Source: Octopus bimaculoides
Lineage: Eukaryota
Reading direction: 5' to 3'
Assembly (NCBI RefSeq): GCF_001194135.2
Contig: NC_068982.1
Span: 25,883,825-25,947,824 of the forward strand
DNA length: 64,000 nt
Each line of letters begins with the position of its first letter. The stretch's first letter is position 1. Made by a program: the position numbers and the translations under genes. Below the pieces are notes generated by a model. The model was not told where the DNA came from. It saw only the letters and a program-made list of their open reading frames with translations, and searched no databases. Below are positions 11,689 to 23,199 of this stretch, one piece after another.

Positions 11689-14600
11689 GCAATAAAGAAG
11701 TCAAACCAAATAGTGATATTTTGAAAAACATTCAATAAGTATGTTTCAGGTTTGTGTCATATAAAATATGAAATTGCATCCATTACATAAACCTTCCTCA
11801 GTTAAAGCATAGGTTTGCATAATGGTTGTAATTCCTATTATATAATATGCAAACTTGAAACAAATGAAATATTTTGAAATCATTTGACTTCGTTCTTACA
11901 ACACAACTCAATGCCAAACTAGCTAGTCTTGATGCCATTTAGGCAGATACTCTAACAATTTGAGTTGAAAATTCTGGTATTGTGTTCCAATTAACATGAC
12001 ACAAATATATATATTTATTATGTTATTATATACACACACATACATGCATACACATGTGTGTTTATGTAAACATGTGAATAAAACAATTTTCCATATAAAT
12101 AATACTTAAAATATGTAGATGCTGAGAAACTACAGAACATTTTATGAAAATCCTTCACACTGGAATATACAAAGTAAAATAGTTGAGTTCAGTAATAGCT
12201 CATCTCATACAAGGTCTTTGGAATAATGCTTGGTCAAATAAAAAGTGTTGAGCAACTGTATATGTTCTATCGTTATAAAGGTATGCCAATAGCAAGAATC
12301 TAAGAAACCTTAGAAACTTCAGTCAGGTGAGGTAACCATAACAACTGAGTAAAATGTTTTATTCAGGTGTAGGCATGTACTACATTCTTTAATCTATAAT
12401 GCTTCAATCAACACAGAAAAAAAAATTAATATCAATACTTTCTAACTTATTTCAGGATAAGGCAAATATTTGATATGGAAAAATGAAATTTTCTAACATC
12501 CTATCTCCATACACATACACACAACAAATGTAAAAAAATCATTCTTAGAGCTCATTCACATTTTATACTTTGTTACATTCTTCATAGAAAAGAATTTGAA
12601 ATGCAAGATATATTAAACATTACAGGATTAGTCTGTCTATCAAGACCAACAACAACTAGCTAAGCAGAATTCTAACAATATATTTAAAGGTAGCCAAACC
12701 AGCCATGCAATCAATACATTGTTTGAATGGAAGAATATGCTAAGCAACTGAATAAATTCTGTACTAAACAATTAAACCATTACCAGTTTTTATGGAACTA
12801 TTAAAATAAATAGATTAAGCTTGGTTTTAAATGCTACAGACCTTAAAGTGCCAATATTTAGTGAACATTCAAAATGTTTATTCTTGATTATCTCAAGTGG
12901 CTGTTATAAAACATAGATAAGTAAAGAGACACTTGACAAAACCACTTATGTGTGATGAACAAGAGAAAAGCAATTTGTTAGTGATTAAAAGATATAAGTT
13001 TCAGAGACATGCTTGGAACTTTCATCAAAAGCATCATCCAGAGAACATGCTTCCTGTTTCTTTGTATTCCAAATTGGAGCAATAGCTGTTGAGAAACAAA
13101 GAAATATAACAGCCCAAAAAGATTAAACTTCATGCATGCAGACCATGTAAATGAAAGCCATTTGCTTCAAGTGGTCTGAACAGTCATGTTCACATGCTGT
13201 TTCGTTTAATAACAATCTGATTTCAAAATGGTCATCACGACATAAGCTTAAAAAAAAAAAAGATTTCTAAGCAAACACCATGCTATATAACTAACTATTC
13301 AGTTTCACTGACTTGGCATCTTAATTTTTCACTAAACAATAAGGAGAAATATAAGCTGTTTGTCATAAGATCTAAGCACCTGACATGTATATTAGCAAAT
13401 ATTCAAGCACATTAACCTCATAGTTTATGTATACTTTGCTGCCACAAATCTTAACCAAAAGTTAAAAACAAGTATTTTATCATGATCTTTGCTAGAACCA
13501 ATAGCAGAGTCAAAATGAAATAAAAAAAACTAAATGGTATCATAGAGCTGACCTTTACTACAAAATCAGCTAGCTATAACCACCATATGTTTCTTACTGT
13601 TTTAGAATTTAGGTTTTATGCTATAAATCTTGGAACAATCCTAAAAATATATATAGGTGAGGAAGTCATAAATAAAATTTTTAAAAGAATAAAATAAAAT
13701 AAACATTCATTCTACCAGCTGCTGTTACATCATAGATTATTGAAAGCAGAATCAGTTGAGGTTACTATAATGACAGCAATAATTTCAGTGACTGAAAGCA
13801 TTAAAATATATTATACCAAATTCTGACTCAGAAGGGGTGGGGGGACAAAGACATACACAAACACACAAGACATAAGGTGAAACAAGAGACGGAGATTGTC
13901 AACTCGCAATCAAACTTTATCTTCTAGTAAGAGCTATTGAAAAGGAAAGGAGATAATCAATGTCAGATAAAGATCACTAAGTGATTTTAAAAACAAAAAA
14001 CAATTGAGAATATTTTTTGTTTTTGTTTTTGTCTAACTGTAGCAATCAACTTGACAAGATACATGGTGGAGAAGGAATCATTAACACAAGATAAGCTTCT
14101 TGTTAAGAATCTCAAAACAAATATTGTGAAATATTTTAGCTAAAAACCTAAAACATATCAATAATAACAACAATAATTACAAACATAGCTTAAAGATGAG
14201 AACTTTTGTGAGTAGCGTTTAGTCAGAAACAAGCACTTCATTAGTACTTATTCTATCAATTCTGTACACATGAAAAGTAGGAATTTCAATAATTTCTGAC
14301 CTTGGGAGAGAATACAGGTTGCAGTTAAGGGTGGGTAGCACAGGATTGTAAACTAAATACCAGGAAGATGAAAAACAAAGTCTATCCTGATGAGATTTGA
14401 ACTTGTATCATATAGAGCCAAGATTAAGTACAACATATTAAGAGTAGTGCACTACACATTCAGCCACTCAAAAGGCACTAATAATACTTTCTCACATTGG
14501 CACAAAGATATAGATTTGCAGGGAAGGGATATATCCTATCAAATTAACCATATACATAGTATCTATTGCCAGCTTTATACAAACAAAAATCCAAGAAAAA

Positions 14601-16268
14601 GCCAATGATTTAAATGCAAATAAATACATAAAATATAAAAAAGCAAATAAATTCTATTTGACACAGTCTAGTACTGCAATTTCTGCTATACCAATGCCTT
14701 GAAAATAATCTTTTTGTACAGTGTCACACAGGAACAAATGCAGTGAGAGAGGAAAGTCAAATTTTTTTTTTGNNNNNNNNNNNNNNNNNNNNNNNNNNNN
14801 NNNNNNNNNNNNNNNNNNNNNNNNNNNNNNNNNNNNNNNNNNNNNNNNNNNNNNNNNNNNNNNNNNNNNNNNNNNNNNNNNNNNNNNNNNNNNNNNNNNN
14901 NNNNNNNNNNNNNNNNNNNNNNNNNNNNNNNNNNNNNNNNNNNNNNNNNNNNNNNNNNNNNNNNNNNNNNNNNNNNNNNNNNNNNNNNNNNNNNNNNNNN
15001 NNNNNNNNNNNNNNNNNNNNNNNNNNNNNNNNNNNNNNNNNNNNNNNNNNNNNNNNNNNNNNNNNNNNNNNNNNNNNNNNNNNNNNNNNNNNNNNNNNNN
15101 NNNTGCTGTTGATCTTCCAGAATAAAAAATTTTACCCTGGCCCGCAATTTAGAAACTTCTCAGGTGCAGATTTATAATCCCATGAGACACAGAGAAGCCC
15201 CAATATGGTTTGGTGAGTGGGTCTATAAATTTAAAACAGAAATTTGAAAAAAAAAAAAAAAATTAAGTTATATTTAACACATCTGAATACTGCAACTGTA
15301 ATAATAAAGTTAGACAAGATATGACAAGTGGAGAAAAGAGGTAAAAAAAAAAAAAAAGTATTTACGCCAGCAGAAAACTTCATGACAGTCACTTGATGTT
15401 ATAAACAATACCAAGTAGTGTGTATGCATTATTGCCTTGAGTGCATTTGTATTTGTGTAAATATATATGTCTATGTACCTGTGAAGGTATATTTGCTTAT
15501 TTTTAAGTAAATGCATTCTTGCATACATAAACATCTAGGCATAATATGTGCAGGTGTTTTAACTGAAGATCAGATCAAAAAAGTAATTGACAATAAGTAA
15601 TATCTTCTGTAGAAGTCTGTGCCTTGTCACAAAGCCACAATTATAGAATAATCTTCAGTGAATAAGAGGTGAAATACAGGCAACTGAAAAAAAATGGAGA
15701 AAATTCCTGGCATCGTAAAAACATCACAAATCTATTATAACAACAAAAAACGTCCTCAAAATATGCCTACTTCTTACATAGATACAAGTCTTCAGAAGGA
15801 GATGGCATATGCTGTTACACTTTCTCAAGTACATTGCTGTATGTAGCCAACTCATTTGAACTGTATGAATAGAAGGAATGTGATTGTGTGGCATTCATAC
15901 TTTTCACATGTACTTTAGTAAATGTAGCAGATACTGTGTAAATGGACAGGGGAATGTGAGTGTGTCCTCTTCATGCCTAGCTCTAAGAGAAACTGGGATG
16001 TAATTGTTACAAAGCCTTCAAGTATATTAATAAGTGTAGCTGAAACTACAAGATTGTAAGCAGAGAGGGGAAAATGTGATGGTGTTACATTTATGCATTT
16101 CTCATATGCATTAGTGGATGTAACAAAACCTATTCTAGAAAAGGCTCATATCCTATTCCAGGATATTCAAATGATTCTATTCCCTTATTGTTCTGTAAGA
16201 ACAAGCTGCTTACAAAGCAATTATACCAGCATCTTATCACTTCACTATCAAGTGAGAACATGCTCCAT

Positions 16269-16306
<38 letters not shown>

Positions 16307-17677
16307 GTGCACACACTCACACACAAATGTACATACATTACGGATGTACATATAAATATACTTTTCTTTGTTGAGATTCAGATTTTTTTTTAATTTTAAG
16401 CCTTTTTGGTATTTTTCAAAATAAAAATGTACTTGTCTTTAATAATACAGAATCAGTGTTAGTAATTGTCATATTCTTAGGATTAAATAATTTCATCATA
16501 TAAAAGTGTCTTGTTTAACAACATAGTGCAAGAGTTGATATCGAATACTAATTTATCAACAAGAAGCCTGTGGCATAAGGAGCCTTACTGCTTTGGCACC
16601 AACTACACAGCATCTTGAAAAGCCATTTCAAAACAGAAACAATGTCTTTTACCATTATACCAAATTCCTTTTGACTAGGCACAAAGTCAAATTTTTAAGA
16701 TTCAATTCCAGTATATAGCTAGTATTATTAATAATTTTTTAATCAACCTTGAAAAAATTGAAAGCAAATTAATGTTAGCAAGATTTAAACTCAAAACTTC
16801 TAGGGATGAAACTAAATAGTACAAACTGTTTAATCGGGTGCTCTACTGTATGAATCATCTTTCGCACCATTTTAAATTCTTCTGTATTCCCATGTGAAGT
16901 GGTTACAAAACCCAATGTACAGAAATCTAGGATTTTGTTAGCTTTGTCCCTTCACATTCAGAATTCAAATCTTGCTAAAACTGTCTTTTTTTTATCACTT
17001 GGGGGGTTAAAATATTAGGCATGTATTGAAGAAAATTCAACTGGCTCTGACACCACTTCAAAAAACCTTTGTGCCAAACTAAGAATGCATTATAGAATTA
17101 ATGAACAGATGCGAGAATAAGCTCCCCCAGCCACTACAATATCACATCATACCACACCATATTTCAAATATGTCAGACAATCCTGGATGGTTCTGGCAAC
17201 TGCAACAATATCAATAGTACCAAAACATGTTAGGGTTTCGTCCCCTGTAGTTTACAACTGTGCTCTGGAGAGATGAAGGGTATATTACTTAAATAACAAC
17301 CAGTTCCACACAGTTTGTGGCCTCCTGTTTCATTCTAATAAAAGGACACAAACAGTCAGAAACTTTTCAATATGACATCATGCAACACAACTTCATTATA
17401 GTTTAACAAGATAGTCAGATGCCTATGTTTAACACTTTCAGAATATTTGAAATAAAATTTGTTGATCAGGAACCTTTAACATATGTCTTTTTTTCAGGCA
17501 AAAACATTGTTTATAATTCTTTGTAACTATCAATCAGACAGTAAGTCAGACGATCTTGTGTACATGCACACATATCCATACATACATACGTTGTTCACAA
17601 ATTTTGATTTTTAATACACTATAAAACCAATTATATATTTGTAAACAATGTAATATTTCCAAGCACTATGTATTTCT

Positions 17678-17678
<1 letters not shown>

Positions 17679-17711
<33 letters not shown>

Positions 17712-17713
17712 AA
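17679..17713. repeat. (GAT)n microsatellite in proximal 3' UTR
   Basis: About 11 GAT units, roughly 65 nt after the stop codon on the minus strand. Confidence 0.9.
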
Positions 17714-17776
17714 TTGCTAAAATACAGTCATTTTCTTTTTCTTCTGCAATTCATCTACAACCAGCAAACAGGGAAT

Positions 17777-17935
17777 TTAGATGCTTAATTCTGTAAATTC
17801 ATTCAAAGCTTTGACAGGTTGTATGCGCTTCCTCTGAGCACCTTTGCGTACAATAGCCTTTAGTTCAGATGGATCTTCTCTCCGTACTAGAGGTTTCTTT
17901 TCGGGAGCTTTCATCTTCCACAAAACTACAGAGTT
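17777..17935 (-). CDS. CTNNA: Alpha-catenin last coding exon (159 nt incl. TAA): NSVVLWKMKAPEKKPLVRREDPSELKAIVRKGAQRKRIQPVKALNEFTELSI*
   Basis: Inside ORF 17777..18016. Acceptor tttcaattttcag; hallmark WKMKAPEKKPLV; stop at 17779-17777. Confidence 0.97.
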   Translation of the reverse strand, partial: NSVVLWKMKAPEKKPLVRREDPSELKAIVRKGAQRKRIQPVKALNEFTELSI

Positions 17936-18274
17936 CTGAAAATTGAAAAACAAAAAAGGTTTTTTTTTAATCATTTTTAGTTTTTTAGATATTTTGTTTA
18001 TAAACTTGTTTATCAATGCACAAAGATATTAATCAAAAATAAATTTTGAATGTAAGAGTATTCATTTCACTGGCGCCATGTAAAAAACACCCAGTTCACT
18101 CTATAAAGTGGTTGGCATAAAGAAGGGCATCCAGTTGTACAAACCGTGTCAAAGCAGACAGAGTGGAGTTTGGTGCAGTCCTCAAGCTTAGCAGCTTCTG
18201 TCAACCTATCAAACCCATGCCAGCATAGAAGATGATGAAGTCAGACACTCACACATATATATAAATATATATAA

Positions 18275-19440
18275 ATTGGGTCACCCCATAAATAATGCAG
18301 GTTTTTCAATTGTATGAACTAAAAGTAGGAGGGGGGTGGGATAAACTACCTGCATCAACTTGCTATAAAAGCAGGTAGTAATTTTACTTTGTCCTTATTC
18401 TTAGTACAAGTTTTGACAAGTGCAATTCAATTTTAACAGTTATTTTTTCAAAGCTATAATGGAAGTGACAAAGGCAAATATTTGGCATATTTTGCTTTAT
18501 GAGTTCAATAAAGGCAACAATGCAACAGAAAGTGCAAGGAATATTAATGCAGTATAAGGGGATCAGACAATAAGCATAAGCCAGTGTCAAGGGTGGTTCC
18601 AGAAATTCCGAGCCAGAAACTACAGCCTAGAAGGTGAGCCTTATCCTGGAAGATCTGCAGCGCTCAACAAGGATGTGCTGCAAATGCTGGTGGAACAAAA
18701 TTTCATCATAACTGTTGAGGAACGAACAGAGAAGTTTAGATTTGGTCATTCAACTATTCATCAACACCTGCTTGCCATCAGAAAAGTCAGTAAATTGGGT
18801 CAATGGGTTCCTCACAAACTTACTGAGTCTAATTGCATGCAGAGAGTGAATATGTGCTCTTCTTCACTGTTACGTCCCATGAATGAACCATTTCTGGACC
18901 AAATAGTGACTGGTGATGAGAAATGGGTTCTCTATAAAAATGTTAAGCACTGAAGACAATGGGTAGGGAAAGGAGAAACACTGGCACTCCATGCTAAAGA
19001 AGGTCTTCACCCACGTTAGGTGTTATTTGTTTGGTGCAATATGAAAGGTTTAGTCCACTTTGAACTTTTAAATCCAAACTAAATAATAACAAAGAAGGTC
19101 TACTGCGAGCAGCTTAAGTCAGCACCTGAAGGAAAATGACCATCTTTGGTTTCAAGACGAAAGGTGTTCTTCCATCAGGATAATGCTCAGCTACATACAA
19201 GGATGGAGCAGTTTGAATGGGAAACAATGCCTTACCCACCAGACATTGCTCCATCTCATTATCATCTATTCTGCAGTTTTCAAAATCATTTGGACAGAAA
19301 AAATATAAATCCTGTATATGTGGTCAGAATAGTACTGGAGTATTTTTGTCGCAGACAAGTGAATTTTGGAAGAGGGGCCTTGCAAGTCTACCAGATAGAT
19401 GGAAGAGCATTGTAGAAAATTAATGAGTTTGCAGAGTATG
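18275..19440 (+). mobile_element. Mariner (D,D34D-type) transposase pseudogene in the last alpha-catenin intron
   Basis: WVPHKL, IVTGDEKWVLY, FHQDNA and YPPDIAPSHYHLF (decayed YSPDLAPSDYHLF) lie across frames with stops. Left TIR-like TTGGGTCACCCCATAAATAATGC at about 18276; no right TIR seen. Confidence 0.9.
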
Positions 19441-20329
19441 TTCTTCACTTTCTTAACACTACAGCACAGAAATCATCAATGTGCAGACATAAATTATTTT
19501 GATTTGTTTCCAAAAGTTTTATTACTACATATATTTAAACATTATACACACATACATATATGTAAATATACATAAACACACACAACACATATAACATTCA
19601 CACACACACACACATTCATTCATTCTCTCTCTCATACATATATGTATACATATATACAAACAAACACACTTTTTAAAAGTCAATTCTTCATTATTGCTTG
19701 GATACAATAACATTCAAATGTAAAGAATCCTTAGAGTTTGTCCAAGCATAAAATGTAGTATTTGAAGCATAAAGAATTATTAACAATAGGCATATAGGGT
19801 TAACTCATTTTGGAATTTCAAAATTTCCATCAGGAAAATGGACAAAAACATCAATGAAAATATTTTTTATTATGGTGCTTCCATAGGAACCCATTTTCTT
19901 TACTTCACTAACTATCCCCATTCTATTCGCTCAACCATTACAACAAAAATAAACTAAAGGTTTTTCTAGATTGTTTTCTCTTAAAAGTTCCTTTGAAAGC
20001 ATTTAATGGTTGGTGCTATTCATACTGAAAATAACAAATTTAGGTCAGTAAGCAGTTGCATAACATGTTATGTGGTTAATTATATTTTCAGATTGGATCA
20101 ATAGTTTCAGAATAATTGACAATAATCAATCCAAAAGAAACCAATATTTTATCAAACTTCAAATATTTTTATAACATAATCCAAACAAACCTATTTAGAT
20201 TAATTGCTATAATTAAGAGTGTATTATCATTAACTAATTAAAAACTTGAAATCAACTTTTAATGACTCAATATAATGCAAACTTTCAAGTGACAACAAAA
20301 ACAGATATAAACAAAGGTTTGATACTTAC

Positions 20330-20350
20330 ATAAACGGAGCTACATTTGTA
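20330..20350 (-). CDS. CTNNA: Alpha-catenin microexon (21 nt, phase 0/0): YKCSSVY
   Basis: Strong acceptor ttgtttttaatttctttcacag and donor tat|gtaagt. It begins with Y, filling the gap between ASTK and NSVVLWKMKAPEKK where vertebrates have STK-YQK...-VSWKMKAPEKK. Confidence 0.85.
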
Positions 20351-20778
20351 CTGTGAAAGAAATTAAAAACAAATTAGACAAGTCATTTAAGTGAATGAAG
20401 CAGATAGGTTTATGTGAATCATGACAATCTAGAGGTGCTTTTGTGGGAGGAGAAGAGAGAGAGAAAGCAAGACAGATGAGAGACATGGCAAGGAAGAGTG
20501 AAAAAGACAAGAGAAGAAGAGAGGGAGATAGAGAAAGCTGAGAGATGGAGAGGGAGAAAAAAGTACGTAAATGAAATTCTGTATATGTGTGTGCGTGTGT
20601 ATTAACACACACACACACGTGAACATCAGACAGCTTCACAATATTTAAGCTGCACCGCTAAAAGAAGTATGACACAGTTATATGTAGCACTCATTCCAAT
20701 TTATTTTGAACATTGGCCTTCTTTCATTAGTTACTTCATTAAGCATTTTTTGTATGCTATACAATCTCATATTTTAAA

Positions 20779-20816
<38 letters not shown>

Positions 20817-20915
20817 CAGATCTAATATACTTTTAAAATTGGTGGGATGATTTTAGCAATTTGAACATTTGTGCTTTATGGATAACAAATACTATTGCAA
20901 GCTGATATACACATA

Positions 20916-21606
20916 TTGGGCCTCACCGAGGCAATGACTAGTGACCAAGACCTTTGGAGATATGCTGTGCTTGAGAAGACCTGACAAGCCAAGTGAGACC
21001 ATAACCTGTGGTTTATGCCAGTGGTATATAACCAACCCACTTATGAGTACCCTTCATTCATTGGACAATAAAGTTTGCTTGCAAAGACCTGTTGAGGCAA
21101 GTGAAATCAAAATCACTGATGTGGCTGATGACAGTACTGCCTGATTGGCATTCATGCCAGTAGAACGTTAAAAGCACCATCTGAGCGTGACCATTGTCAG
21201 GGCTGCTGACTGGCTCCTGTGCTGGTGGCACGTAAAAAGCACCATTCAAGCATGATCATTGCCAGTATCGCCTTACAGGCATATGTGCCGGTGGTACGTG
21301 AAAAACATTCGAGCGTGGTCGTTGCCAGTACCACCAGACTGGGTCCCATGCAGGTGGCACATGAAAAACACGTTTTGAGCGTGATCATTGCCAGTACTGC
21401 CTGACTGGCCCTCATGCCGGTAGCACATAAAAGCACCCACTACACTCTTGGAGTGGTTGGCGTTAGGAAAGGCATCCAGCTGTAGAAACTTTGTCAGATC
21501 AGATTGGAGCTTGATGCAGCCTTCTGGCTCACTAGTCCTCAGTCAAACCATCCAACCTATGCCAGCATGGAAAGCAGACTTTAAATGATGATGATGATCA
21601 TGATGA
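20916..21606 (+). mobile_element. RTE-clade LINE 3' end (ORF terminus, 3' UTR with tandem units, (GAT)n tail)
   Basis: GLTEAMTSDQDLWRYAVLEKT ORF end, about five ~63-nt tandem units, and tail GGCATCCAGCTGTAGAAAC...ATGCCAGCATGGAA...GATGATGAT. Tail-only copies at about 18060-18240 and 41940-42070 (+), and 31330-31450 and 40810-40930 (-). Confidence 0.7.
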
Positions 21607-23106
21607 TATTGCTAATTATTCAACTGCTGATAGTCTTATTTCTTTCATTTGTTGCATTTTAATTATAGCTGATGGCTAAAGAAGTATGTAATGACTGGTA
21701 ACATTTGAATTTATTACTGTTTAACCCGAGACCAAACATGAGTGAGTTAAACCTGTAACCAAAGACATTCCAACTATAGCCATCCAATCTATTTAGAGGT
21801 GTCTAAAGCTATATTAGAAATTTGGGGGGGGGGCTCTTTAATTCATTGGTTGCGATTTGAAGATTTGACTGCTATTTCTGATTTTTCTATCAGGTCAAAT
21901 GACCATGTACAGCTCTGTTATTGGTTCACATTTGTTTAACTACATAGGTACTACAGGCATTTTAAAAAGAAAACGACAATATCTGATCTGAATTTAACAA
22001 TGTTTTAGGATTTAACGGGATTCACTTGGTCCTTTGCAGCACCAATGAAAATTATCTTCATCTAGTGTGTGTATGGCCAATTTGCTTGTTGGCACATCTT
22101 TCTATGTTATACTCAAAAAAGGATTCCAACTTATAAACACACAGCTTTGTATCGGTTATACAGCACTGTTACTGCTAATTGAAGTAAACTATACTTGCTT
22201 CTGCAAAATACATGTTTCTAATTACAGAAACTGGTAAATATTTCTCTGATAGATATTGTTAGCACAATACAATGAACCACAACTGAAGAGATTATGAAGG
22301 CTATCAACACAATATTCTTTTTTTCAATTCTTTTTCAGATTTTAGTCAAGGGTGGAGCAACAGTGCTTATGGGTTTTGTTTGCTTTTTTGTTTTTTTTTT
22401 CAGGGCCTCTGAGTTTGATAGCACACTGAAAGAAATTTATCATTAGATTGGAGGCTCAGCCATAATTCTTGCAATTCTGTGAACTTCACTAAAGGCGCCC
22501 AAGAGCCAGGTATTGGTGTTAAAGTCGGACAACAAAAAGTTCAGTTTCCATCTAACAGATGTCACTCGCAAAGTTTGGCTCAGCTGTAGGCTATACCAGA
22601 AAGCACTTATTAAAAATACCACACAGAAGGATTAAACCTGGAAACCCAATTGCGATCTTTTATTTGAAGTCATTGGACTGCAGGCATACTGGGAGACACC
22701 ACCTTGAAGAATTTAGTCAAACAAATCAGCCCAGTACTTATTTTATCAAGCAGTGTTGAGAGACAAACACACATGACTAGCTTCCACACAGTTTCCAGCT
22801 ACCAAATTCACTAGCAAGGAACTGGTTGGACCAGAGCTATACTAGAAGGCATTTGTCCAAGGTGCCACACAATGGGTCTGAAGCCAAAACCACATGGCTA
22901 TGCCCAATGTTACCATAAAAATATACCAACTCTACCTACAACTAGTATCGTGGAATACCCATTTGATTTGGTAATTTGGTAAATTCCACCTGCTTTGCAT
23001 GTGTTATGAATGTGCTTTAATCTTAAAATTCCCTCATATTAAAACTTAAGAGAAATTGGTTTATGGGTGTTAAAACAAGCACAATGAAGAAAGAGACTAT
23101 ACTGAC

Positions 23107-23199
23107 CTTAGTTGAAGCAACATAACAAGCTTTCACTGTCAAAACTACTGAATTCATCAAGTTTTTGGCAGCTTGAATAAGGGATGTGGCACTGTCAAG
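23107..23199 (-). CDS. CTNNA: Alpha-catenin exon (93 nt, phase 0/0): LDSATSLIQAAKNLMNSVVLTVKACYVASTK
   Basis: Acceptor tttttcattag, donor aag|gtcagt. Conserved DSA-SLIQAAKNLMN. Confidence 0.95.

Noticed and set aside
18350-18362. 13-nt AG...GT segment as the missing tail exon
   Set aside because: Not a multiple of 3 and inside the mariner relic; the 21-nt exon at 20330-20350 fits far better.
21132-21440. Tandem ~63-nt units as a CRISPR-like array
   Set aside because: There is no constant repeat with unique spacers; whole units are diverged copies within a eukaryotic LINE 3' UTR, and no cas genes are present.
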